Assembly (NCBI RefSeq): GCF_006345805.1
Contig: NC_043009.1
Location: 21,638,001-21,702,000, forward strand
Direction of reading: 5' to 3'
Length of the DNA stretch: 64,000 nt
Origin: Octopus sinensis
Taxonomy: Eukaryota
Made by a program: the position numbers and the translations under genes
The notes under the pieces: generated by a model
Told to the model about the DNA's origin: nothing
Seen by the model: only the letters and a program-made list of their open reading frames with translations
The model's database searches: none
Shown: positions 51,731 to 64,000 of the stretch, piece by piece
Layout of the letters: each line of letters begins with the position of its first letter
How positions within the stretch are numbered: the stretch's first letter is position 1

Positions 51731-51823
51731 GTGGCTGAAGAATGCTTTTGATCTATTTGTTATATCGATTATGCATTGATGTAAGAATAAGTTGTTCTAT
51801 AAAGCCCAAAACATATGTACCAC
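51731..51823 (+). ncRNA. Degenerate hammerhead (GAAA mutated to AAAA), paralog of 46597-46691
   Basis: GUGG-CUGAAGA-...-AAAAC-AUAU-GUA^-CCAC. Confidence 0.55.
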
Positions 51824-51934
51824 AACATCCTTTGCATCTTGTTTTTCATTTATTTCATTTGATACATATATCCTATCACCTATGCTACTAGCTGACATAT
51901 ACAGGTGCTTACATTTATCAAGTATTAACCCTGA

Positions 51935-51987
<53 letters not shown>

Positions 51988-51993
<6 letters not shown>

Positions 51994-54550
51994 GAAATGA
52001 GGTAATCAGAAGATCGGATGGTTCATATTTATAGATATTTATTTAAGCTTTATACTATCAGCATGCAAAACTGAATGCAATACCCAAGGAATACACTGGA
52101 CCCGGAGGGATTGCAATCCCAGAGGCACAATCAGTGCGTGACCTGGGTATTCACATGAGTGATGACGCGACCTTTCATGTACATGTTGCTAAACTGACAG
52201 TGAAATGCAGACGCCTGGCTGGATGGATTCTTAGAACCTTTAGAACAAGAGAACAAGAAACCATGATGGTCCTCTGGAAGACACTTGTCCTAAGTCACTT
52301 TGACTATTGCTCTCAGCTATGGTCACCATCCAGTGTCAAGTTGATCACAGAACTTGAGGCGATCCAACGAAGCTACACGAAGAAGATAGCCTCTATGCAG
52401 AATGTAAGCTACTGGGAAAGACTCAAGAGATTAAAATTATATTCCCTGGAGCGTAGGCGGGAAAGATATGCCATAATATACATCTGGAAGATCCTGGAGG
52501 GAAGTGTCCTGAACTTTGGCATCGAGAGTTACGCAAACGCCAGAACTGGGCGCCACTGCGTGGTGCCTAGGACTCCAAACTTGCCATCAAGATGTAGGAC
52601 AAGATTCTGTGATAGCCTGGGCTTCCGAGGCTCACAGCTCTTCAATATCCTCCCGATGAACCTGAGAGACCTGCATGGGGTGGATACAGATGTCTTTAAA
52701 ATGGAGCTGGATCTCTTCCTGTCAGGTGTCCCAGATGAACCAACTTCACGGCAGGAGGGGCAGATGAGGGCAGCTGCATCGAACTCTCTCATGCACCAAA
52801 TAGCAGTTGCTAGAAAGCCTCCATGAAGTGAAACCAAGTAGCAACACCAAATGGTGGTGCCCCAGCTCATGAGCTGAAACTGGAATCAATCAATCAATCA
52901 ATCATATATTACATTTTTTACATATATATATCATATCATTCAGATCATATCATTCAGATTATTAGAGCTTTCTCCCATTCTAGTGGGGTTTTCAAATCAA
53001 ATTAATTCCTTTGTGGGGAAGTTAATCATTTTATAGAGTTTCCTAGTTGTGGGGAGGAACAAGACAGTACAAGAGGGTGAAGTGGATGAGGAGGAAGTGA
53101 GAGAGAGAACATGTGTGTATGTGTGTGCGTTTGTATATGAGGCTAAAGAGAAAGAGGGGAAGGGAGAGGGAAGAAGAAGGATTTCCTTTGGCCTGCTGGA
53201 CCCCCAAGGGAGTTCTAAGAATTTTAGCTTTTTGTCCATTTTGGTGTCACTGAGTGTGTGTTGGTGGGTAGGCAGGCCGAAATTACACCTTTTATGATTT
53301 TGAGGATGGTCAAATGCCATTTGGGGTCTAAGAACTCTTCTACTTTGTATGATCGTTTTGTAGAGGTGTGTGTGTCTCTGTGTGTGCGTGTGTGTTTGTG
53401 TGCGTGTGTGTGTGTCTCTGTGTGTTTGGATAAGGGGAGAGAGACAAAAAGAGAAAAGGGAAAATAAAAATAAAAATAAAAATAAGGGAGGAAATGGAGA
53501 AGAAAAAAAAATTTTTGTGTGTTGATATTTATACCACTACATATATATACACAGACTTATACATAAAATATTCGAAAAAAACCTTTTATTGGTTCAAAAT
53601 GAACAACCAAATTACACCATCTTGAAAATCGTATATCATAGGAAAGTTAAAATTAAAGTGACAATTAAAAAGTAAAGATGGAAGTAAATTATAAAGATAA
53701 TAATATAAACAGGCAATATATATATACATACACAGATATATATATATATATATACACATACAGACATATACTAAATGTTCTACTATATTAGATTGTAAAT
53801 CAAAAGATGCGTCCTTCAATGTCACTATATATATATATATTATATATATATATACATGCTTACACATGAAATATTAGAAAAAACACACAAAAATTATTTT
53901 TTCTTCTCCATTTCCTCCCTTATTTTTATTTTTCCTTTTCTCTCTCCCCTTCTCCAAACACACAGAGACACACACGCACACAAACACACACAGACACACA
54001 CACACCTCCACAAAACGATCATACAAAGTAGAAGAGTTCTTAGACCCCAAATGGCATTTGACCATCCTCAAAATCATAAAAGGTGTAATTTATGGCCTGC
54101 CTACCCACCAACACACACTCAGTGACACCAAAATGGACAAAAAGCTAAAATTCTTAGAACTCCCTTGGGGGTCCAGCAGGCCAAAGGAAATCCTTCTTCT
54201 TCCCTCTTTCTCTTTAGCCTCAGATACAAATGCACACACACACACACACACACATGTTCTCTCTCTTTCACTTCCTCCTCATCCACTTCACCCTCTTGTA
54301 CTGTCTTGTTCCTCCCCACAACTAGGAAACTCTATAAAATGATTAAATTCCCCACAAAGGAATTAATTTGATTTGAAAACCCCACTAGAATGGGAGAAAG
54401 CGCTAATAATCTGAATGATATGATCTGAATGATATGATCTGAATGATATGATCTGAATGATATGATATATATATGTAAAAAATGTAACATATAAATAAAT
54501 ATCTATAAATATGAACCATCCGATCTTCTGATTACCTCATTTCTTCTAAT
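51988..54550. repeat. ~670-bp inverted repeat pair whose left arm (51988-52047 plus 52905-53525) is split by a CR1 insertion; right arm ~53875-54550
   Basis: ttagaagaaatgaggtaatcagaagatcgg... and the 52910-53525 block match the reverse complement of 53875-54550. Confidence 0.85.
52048..52904 (+). mobile_element. 5'-truncated CR1-clade LINE with (AATC)n tail
   Basis: ORF 52134-52826: RDLGIHMSDD..WILRTFRTRE..LSHFDYCSQLWSP..RLKLYSLERRRERY. Confidence 0.9.
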
Positions 54551-54580
54551 ATATAATACCTGTACATCATCTCCAAACCT

Positions 54581-54685
<105 letters not shown>

Positions 54686-54713
54686 TATGTGTGTGTGTGT
54701 GTATGTATGTATG

Positions 54714-54750
<37 letters not shown>

Positions 54751-54770
54751 ATAAATATAAATATATAAAT

Positions 54771-54803
<33 letters not shown>

Positions 54804-57800
54804 AATATATGTATATAAATATAAATAATATATATATATATATATATATAAATACGCACACACACACACAAGCATACATATATTTATATATGCACACATA
54901 TATCAGGAGCTGGGGATACAAGGGGAGGAGAAGAGAGAGAGATGAATGAAATAAATAAATGACAACACAGGCTTACAGAGACAAAGATGACAAGATATTT
55001 ACAGTGGAATTCAAATTGCATACTTTCTCAAAAATATGCAAATATATACACATACAGACATATACTAAATGTTCTACTATATTAGATTGTAAATCGAAAG
55101 ATGCGTCCTTCAATGTCACTATATATATACATGCTTGTGGTTGGCGTTAGGAAGGGCATCCAGCCGTAGAAACACTGCCAGATTTGACTGGGCCTGATGA
55201 AGCCGTCTGGCTTCACAGACCCCAGTAGAACTGTCCAACCCATGCTAGCATGGAAAACGGACGCTAAACGATGATGATGATGATGATGATATATACATTC
55301 TTGCACACACATGCTCACACTCACAAACACTATATATATATGCACGGACATAAACACACATACATATGTCCACATTTGTGTGCACATATATACATATGTA
55401 GATGCATAAGTGTATGTATATACATATAATTACACACAAACACATACATATATACATACATAAAAGCATATATATATACACATACATAAAGCAAAATATA
55501 CATACACACATAAATACATACATGCAAACATAAATACATACATGCTTATATACCTACACACACAAATACATACATATATATAATATATGTGTGAGACAAC
55601 TGTGATATACCAATGAGAAATAAATTATTAAAACTGGAGCCATAGATGAGAAACACAAATATTTACAACAAAATACCAAGTGCAACAAGCAAAACATCAA
55701 AATGCAAACAACATGACTCCCCCACCTCTGCAAATCACCACCACCAACAACATTGCCACTCTACTCCTACACAAAGATAGACACAGAAAAACCCTCACAA
55801 AATAATTTAATTTTTAACCTTTAGCACACCGGAGGTGCATCATGTCACTGTAAGAGTTCTCTCCCCTGTAGTAACAGGGCAGTGGCAGGGGAGACAATTC
55901 GAGAGAAAATGCAGTGTGATAAAGGTTAATGTTTAGCAATTATTATTTCACTTATTATGACAGCAGGTCTCACATATACACTCACATACATACATACAGA
56001 AAACGTATAAAATTTTCACAAAGTAATTTTTAATGCCTTTTTTGTGTCATTATTTGACTCGTATTATTACAAACAGACGAGGTTTATATAAGAAACGTCA
56101 TGCATCATATACAGATTCGTTTTCATTTGGCTGTTGGTCACTGTTATTTAACACTGATACATGGCTGTTACTGTACCTGAAAGAGAGAGAGAAGAAAGAA
56201 AATGGAGTGAGACATAGAAGAGATTCTCTAAAAAAAAGAAAAAAATCAACTAAAAAGGAAAACAATTTATCCCAACCATATGGTTACGGGTTCAGTCCCA
56301 CTGCATAGCATCCTGGGCTTTGCAAAAAGGAAAGTGAAAGTAGCCCATTATATATGTGTGTCTTTGTGTATGTTTCTTCCTTTCCTGTCCACCATTTGAC
56401 AAGTGGTGTTGGTTTGTTTATTTCCCCATATCTTAGTGGTTCAGCAAAATAGACCAATAAAGTACCAGACTTTAAAAAAAATATAATGGAAGTGAGGTGA
56501 GACACGTGTGTGTGAGTATGTGTATGTATATATGTGTATATGTATCTGTATGTGTGTATATATATATATGTATGTATACACATGAAGGCCTGTGACATCA
56601 ATATTAGCAACTGTGGAAATTGCCGACGCACCGCAAAAGAGGGAACACAAAGGAGTGACAGGGGGAGAGAGGAGAAATAGAAAGACAAGAAAAGACGTCA
56701 ACAAGAAACTATGACAATACAGCCAGCTAGGCAAAGTCTTCACTACATTTGCGCGGCACCTGCCAGAGGGAGTGTTTGTCCAGGATAGGACTACACAGCA
56801 GGAGATGTATTAGGACATGAAATGTAAATGCTGGGCTAGATTATTTTATGCACAACTCCATTGTCTCCCGAGACAAAAAGGATGCCAACAACAATACTCA
56901 TCCGTACACATGTGTACATATCTATATGTGTGTGTATTGTTTTATTGTTTTACTTGTTTCAGTCATTTGACTGTGACCATGCTGGAGCACTGCTTTTAAT
57001 CGAGCAAATCGCCCCCAAGAATTATTCTATCGGCCTCTTTTGCCAAACTGCTAAGTTACAAGGACGTAAAGGCACCAGCATCACCAAATGACCTACACAA
57101 ATGATTTTTTTTTTATAGCTAATGTGCATGCAGCACATTAGTTCACTCTCTCCATCAAATCAACGCTGTCTGTAAAGGTGCGTTGTATATCATGCATCAG
57201 GTGTCGAAGTGATTACAGAACAACATGAGATAAAGTGTTTTGCTCAAGAACACAACACTCCACCTGATCTAAGAATTGAAATCATGATATCACAATTGTG
57301 AGTGCAACACCCATGCATCCTCATATATATATATTCTGTAAATATAATTTATAAGCCTAAGCATATAAGCATTCACTGTATATTAGCTATAGAGAATAGA
57401 CTAAAATTGGTGGCATATAAGCCCTCAATGGAAAAAAATGGATAAGAGGTGTGGGCTCAATTCTCACTCATATTTATCCATATTTTTCCCATCAAGGGTT
57501 TATATGCCACAATAGTAGACCATTTTCTATAGCTAATATACAGTGAATACTTATATGCTTAAGCTTATAATCATATTTACAGAATTTTCATTTATCGCTG
57601 TTTCTTAACTAATGCAGAATACATACATATATAATGTGTGTGTGTGTATGTGATGATAACTCTATCTCCTTGCCTACATAAAAAAAATTATGAACAATTT
57701 AGTAAGAAAAAGAAGCATTTATCATACTTTACAGAATTATTCTCGTTTTTATTAGATTCGTTCAGTAAAAAGATGTTTTCACTTGCAATTTCTCGATGTT

Positions 57801-59257
57801 TCATTTGTAAATGTGTTAGCTGAAATATAATAACAAAAAATAATAATGATAATAATAATAATTTCTACTGTAGGCACAAGGCCTGAAATTTTGGGGGAGG
57901 AACAAGTTGATTACATTGACCCCAGTGTATAACTGGTACCTACTTCACCGACCCCCAAAAGGACAAAAGGCTAAGTCAACCTCGGCAGAATTTGAACTCA
58001 GAATGCAAGGATGGACAAAATGCCACCAAACATTTTGCCTGGCATGCTAACACTTCTACCAGCTCACTGTCTGAATAATAATAATGATGATGATGACGGC
58101 GATGGCAGCAACAGCGGAGGCAGTGGTGGCGGTGACGATGACAATGATGCAGTACCAGGCAGTGGCTCTCATGGCTTCTGATCTTAACTGTTTGGAAGTG
58201 TTATCATCCACATTGTTTTGTCTTGATATAAAAGACAGCTACAGCCAATATTCTGCTCAATACCACAGATTTGCTTGTCAGTTGTTTGACCTTAACCAGT
58301 TGACCATGTCCCTTAGTGGCTGACGATATGTGCATCTCTGATCATGAGCAGAAGTAGTGGGGGAGTATCATAGCCATGTGTTGAAAGGAATTTTTAGAGG
58401 TTTGGATAATTCACCTTTGGAAACACAGGTGGTTCGTTCAACATCCTTAAACAATCCTTATTCAGGGACCTTTTGAGCGGGATGGGCTACTTGACCTGAA
58501 GAAAATTGTAACTGAGCCCCACCTGCAAGGTCATGCACTGTTAATCTTGATATGAGATCACTATGTTGTGATGCATGTGCCTGGTGTACCCTTATCAGGC
58601 GGGTAGTCATGATGGGTATACTGGTTTCATATATTTTACCCCAGTGTCACTTTGATGGCATACACTGCTCACTCACTCAATAATAATAACAACAACAATA
58701 ATAATAACAATAAATGAATGGAACCTTTCAGACATTTACTTTTTACTATTTGCCTGTTTTACATTCTGATTATTCTATGCTGCAATCAAATCCAATCATT
58801 TTAATATATTGGAGCAAGTTTTTGCACACCTGCAAGGCCTTTACTACTGCACAGTAGACTTAATTTGTAGCTTAATTCAACACTATTTAGCCCTTGGGTG
58901 CCTTCAGTGGTATCCACTCTATTTCAGATATTTTGGGGCCATGTCTCTGGTATAAGAAAAAAAAACTATTTTCTCTTCCATCCACTGGCCTTTGAAACAC
59001 TGAAAAGGGTCATGATTGCTGCCATTACTAATCTAAGTCATAAATAAAAAAGGAAAAAGAAAACACAGGTGCAGACATGGCTGTGTGATAGGAAGTTTGC
59101 TCCCCAACCATATGGTTCTGGGTTCAGTCCTATTGCATGGCAACTTGGTCAAGTGTCTTCAACTATAACCTCAGGTCTTCTACTATAGCCTTGTGAATGT
59201 ATCTGGTAGACAGAAACTATATGGAAGCATCTTGTATATATATCTTGTGTGTGTGTA

Positions 59258-59310
<53 letters not shown>

Positions 59311-59312
<2 letters not shown>

Positions 59313-62300
59313 TCATCATCATCATCATCATCATCATTTAACGTCCGCTTTCCATGCTAGCATGGGTTGGACGGTTCAACTGGGGTCTGGGGAGCCCGAA
59401 GGCTGCACCAGGCCAGTCAGATCTGGCAGTGTTTCTACAGCTGGATGCCCTTCCTAACGCCAACCACTCCGAGAGTGTAGTGGGTGATTTTATGTGCCAC
59501 CGACACAGGTGCCAGACGAGGCTGGCGAACGGCCACGCTTGGATGGTGTTTTTATGTGCCACCGACACAGGTGCCAGATGAGGCTGGCGAACGACCACGC
59601 TCGGATGGTGTTTTTATGTGCCACCGACACAGGTGCCAGATGAGGCTGGCGAACGGCCACGCTCGGATGGTGTTTTTATGTGCCACCGACACAGGTGCCA
59701 GACAAGGCTAGCAGACGACCACGCTCGGATGGTGTTTTTTATGTGCCACCGACACAGGAGCCAGATGAGGCTGGCGATCGGCCACGATCGGATGGTGATT
59801 GTTACGTGCCCACAGCATGGAGGCCAGTCGGTGCGGCACTGGTTACGGCCACGTTCGGATGGTTTTCTCGTGTGCCACCGGCACTGGTACCACAAAGATA
59901 CAAATTCCATTGATGTTCATCTAGTTTGATTTTGCTTGATTTTTTGATTTTTTGATTTGATTTGATTCGATTTTCACTTGCCTCAACAGGTCTTCACAAG
60001 TGTCACAAGAAGGAAGGTATGCACAGGTGGACTGACTACGTCCCAGGTAGGGGCCACGGGTTATGGCCTGACTAGTCTTGCCGGATCTTCTCACGCACAG
60101 CATACTTCCATAGGTCTCGGTCTCTGGTCATTTCCTTGGTGAGACCTAAAGTTCGAAGGTCGTGCTTCACCACTTCGTCCCAGGTTTTCCTGGGTCTACC
60201 TCTTCCACAGGTTCCCTCAACTGCTAGGGTGTAGCACTTTTGCACACAACTATCTTCAGCCATTCTCGTCATATGACCATACCAGCGCAGCCGTCTCTCT
60301 TGCACACCACAACTGACGCTTCTTAGGTTCAACTTTTCTCTCAAGGTACTTACACTCTGACGATTATGAACACTGACATTACACATCCATCGGAGCATAC
60401 TGGCTTCATTTCTTGCGAGCTTATGCATATCCTCAGCAGTCACGGCCCATGTTTCACTACCATGTAGCATGGCTGTACGTACACATGCATCATACAGTCT
60501 ACCTTTTACTCTGAGCGAGAGGCCTTTTGTCACCAGCAGGGGTAAGAGCTCTCTAAACTTTGCCCAGGCTATTCTTACTCTAGCAGTTACACTTTCAGCA
60601 CACCCACCCCCACTACTAACTTGGTCTCCTAGGTAGCGGAAGCTATCAACTACTTCTAGTTTGTCTCCCTGGAACGTGGTAGAAGTTGGTCTCTGCACGT
60701 TTCCAGAGTTTATTTCTCCTGAGCATCTGCCACATACGAAAACTATCTTCCCAGTTAGCCTACCTTTGACATTGCTGCACCTCTTATGTGTCCATAGCTT
60801 ACACTTGGTGCACCTTATAGAGTTTCTACCTACACCTTTTTTACAGATCGAGCAGGGCCATCTACCTGAAGTCGTTTGTGGTTGGTCCACCTTCCTACTT
60901 ATTAGGACTTTGGTTTTGGCTAGGTTGATTCTAAGGCCCTTCGATTCTAATCCTTGTTTCCACACCTGAAACTTCTCCTCCAGTTCTGATAGTGACTCAG
61001 CAATTAGAGCAAGGTCATCAGCATAGAGGAACTCCCAGGGGCATCCTGTCTTGAATTCTTCCGTTATTGCCTGGAGGACTATGATAAATAAGAGGGGGCT
61101 GAGGACTGAACCTTGGTGGACCCCAACCTCTACCCGGAATTCTTCACTGTACTCGTTGCCTACCCTCACCTTACTAGCAGCGTCTCTGTACATGGCTCGC
61201 ACAGCTCTCACTAACCATTCATCTATCCCTAGTTTTCTCATTGACCACCAGATAAGGGATCGGGGGACCCTGTCAAAGGCTTTCTCCATGTCAACAAAAG
61301 CCAGGTACAAGGGCTTACCTTTGGCTAGGTATTTCTCCTGCAGCTGTCTTACCAGGAATATAGCATCAGTAGTACTTTTCCCTGGCACGAACCCAAACTG
61401 CATATCATCTAAGCGAACTCTCTCTCTAATTAATTGGGCTATAACCCTCTCCGTAACCTTCATTACCTGATCCAACAGCTTGATGCCCCTGTAGTTATTT
61501 GTATCTAGGGCGTCACCTTTACCTTTGTAGCAGTTGACTATTATGCTGCTACACCAGTCATTGGGTATGACTCCTTCGTGTATCACCTGGTTAACTATAC
61601 GGGTGACTATGCTATAGCCGACACTACCAGATATTTTGAGCGTCTCTGCAGTAATTCCTGATGGGCCTGGGGCTTTCCCTGTCTTCATGCTTCTAATTGC
61701 CTTAGCTACCACGGAAATATCAACTCGGATAGCTGGTCCCTCTGTTGGGTCAACATTCGGCAGACTCTCTTTATCCCATTCATTTTCCTCATTCAGCAAC
61801 CTTTCATAGTGGCGTCTCCAAGCCTCTCTCTTTGCGTCCTCATTTAGTGCAAGTGAACCGTCATCCTTGCGTACACATTCTCTCCTACCACATCACGATT
61901 CTCTCTCACACACTGTCTTGCAACACGAAATACCTCAAGTCTTTCATCCTCACGGCGCAGGACATTGGCAAATTTTCTCTTATCTGCTTCCCCTCTGGCT
62001 AGATAGACCTGTCTCCTAGCTTCCCTTCTGGCAGTCTGATACACTTCCCTGCTACCCCCGTTCTTCCAAGCCTGTTTCTTTTGTCTAATAGCCCAGTCAA
62101 CAATATTGTTCCACCACCACGTTATTTTGGGTCTTAAAGGGACTTTGCACCAGCCACAGATCTGGTCAGTGGATTTCAGCAGGTTGTCCTTCAGAAGCAT
62201 CCAGTTGTCTTCTACCCCATGCATAGCTATACCCTCTTCCATTTCGTCAAAGGCTTCAAGTAACATGTCTCTAAATCTCTGTCCATTCGCAGGGTCTTTA

Positions 62301-63755
62301 AGCTTCCAGACCCTTCTTCTCCATGTTGGTCGTCTTCTAGTCGCCCTCTTATTCCTGATCCTAAAGTCACTAACTACCAGTCTATGTTGTGGGGTGCATT
62401 CTTCGCCTGGGAAGGTTTTGGCATTTATAAGCAGCCATCTTTCCCTTTTTCTGGCAAGGATGTAGTCGATTTGGCTAGTATGCCGGCCCGATCGGTAGGT
62501 GACCAGGTGGTTTGTTGGTTTCCTGAAGTTAGTGTTGCAGACCATAAGACTATTCGCATCGCAGAACTCCAGCAGCCTGGTTCCCTCCTCGTTGCGGGAA
62601 CCATAACCATAGCCTCCATGTACGCCATGGAAGCCCCCAGCATGTCGTCCAACATGCCCATTGAAATCACCAGCCACAAATGGTTCGTCAATGAGGTGGT
62701 CTGCAGTAGGGTGTCATAGAAACTGTCTTTCTGTCCATTGGGTAGCCCTGGCTGAGGGGCATAGGCCGATATAATGGTTGCTAATCTATTATGAAGCACT
62801 ATTCTAATCTTAAGTATTCTGTCACTTACTCTGATTACCTCAATTACTCTATCTACCCATTTCTCAGCAATAAGTATACCCACGCCACCAACCCCGTCAG
62901 TGTTCCCTGCCCAGAAAATCTTGTACCTGTGTTCCTTGCCTGTGAGGAACCTAGCAGATCCTCCTCTCCACCTTATTTCTTGCATGCAACATACATCAAC
63001 ACGTCTCCGTTCAAGCATCTCAACTATCTCGCCAGACCTACCTTTCAGTGGGCCAACGTTGAGGGTGCCCACCCTGAGGGTGTGGAAGGTATGGGCCCGA
63101 GAGGCCCAGGGACGGGGAGCAGTGGCGTCATGTACCTGAAAAGAAGAAGAAAGCTCGCATTTGGCAGAATTCATAAGCAAAGCAATGAACTTAAGTTCAA
63201 CCTGTTACACTACACTATCATGTTTTTGCGCCGTATGGTCACCACCATATATAGAAGGGGTGGTATTGGCTTAAGGCCTTTAGGTGTTCACGGAAGAAAA
63301 GCAAAGGAAGACAAGGTGAGATAAGGACTTCTGGTACAGGTGGTGGGGGTGGGAGGGCGGGCGCACCGCGCACTGGGAGTAAGATGAGATTTAGGCGGCA
63401 GAAAGAAAGACAAGATTTGAGATGGAATGCTTTGCGGTCGTGTGCATAAGTTTCTATGAGTGGAAGTTGGGAAGGATGGGTCAGAGAATTAAGCGACAGA
63501 AAGACCAGATTTGAGACGAGATGTTTTTGCGGTCGTGTGAATAAGTTTTTGTGAGTGAAAGTTTATATGCTTCAGCTAGCATTTGAGACGAAAGACAACG
63601 ATAACGCTAATATATGGGGAAACAATAATAATAATAAGGCTTGATGGTGATAATAATGCTTGCAAAAACAATGAAAAGAGGAACAGGTCAGGAACTTAAA
63701 TATGACTTAGCTGATATTTTTCATCCTGCGGTTCGTGATTCGTGTGTTACAGCCA
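59311..63755 (-). mobile_element. Apparently full-length RTE LINE: APE and RT split by two frameshifts, (GAT)n tail
   Basis: 62425-63180 LRVGTLNVG..VDVCCMQEIRW..ISAYAPQ; 61844-62677 GDFNGHVG..SQIDYIL; 60072-61799 YRGIKLL, QFGFVPG, GVHQGSVLSPLLF, LYADDL, FRYLG; 5' boundary approximate. Confidence 0.93.
59488..59880. repeat. About six copies of a 62-bp unit in the RTE 3' UTR
   Basis: tatgtgccaccgacacaggtgccag starts at 59491, 59553, 59615, 59677 and 59740, followed by a degenerate copy. Confidence 0.9.
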
Positions 63756-64000
63756 TATATATATATATGAAGGCACATGGCTCAGTGGTTAGAGCATCGA
63801 TCTTACGATCGTGAGGTTGTGAGTTCGAATCCCTGACTGGGCTGCGTGTTGTGTTCTTGAGCAAAACACTTTATTTCATGTGGCTCCAGTTCACTCAGCT
63901 GTAGAACTGAGTTGCGACATCACTGCTACCAAGCTGTATTGTGTTTTGCCTTTCCCTTGGATAACATCGGTGGTGTGGGGAGGGGACGCTGGTATGCATG

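Noticed and set aside
55190-55220. CTGATGA followed by a small hairpin
   Set aside because: No GAAA or helix III; part of an RTE 3' UTR

Overview
Repeat-dense, AT-rich eukaryotic DNA. The SINE families, RTE LINEs with (GAT)n tails and very long AT microsatellites point to an octopus (coleoid cephalopod) genome; this is inferred from repeat content and was not searched. The only host gene I can identify is CCDC22 on the minus strand. Nine coding exons run from the ATG at 32799 to 500, are phase-consistent with GT-AG boundaries, and give 415 codons; the gene continues off the left edge. The rest is mostly mobile DNA: two near-full-length but disrupted RTE LINEs, CR1-type fragments, a Tc1-like element with DD36E spacing, a piggyBac relic, several Helitrons (one nested inside its own family), MITEs and foldbacks, many SINEs, tandem arrays and inverted duplications. 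The most notable signal is five type-I hammerhead ribozyme motifs in ~0.5-kb non-coding repeats with a retrozyme/Penelope-like layout. They show compensatory stem changes, palindromic helix III and an extended helix II. One has a canonical core and lies in the sense strand of CCDC22 intron 2; two form a tandem pair that could excise a ~537-nt monomer. Most ORF-track entries are microsatellite or SINE artefacts. Repeat boundaries are read by eye and may be off by a few bases.
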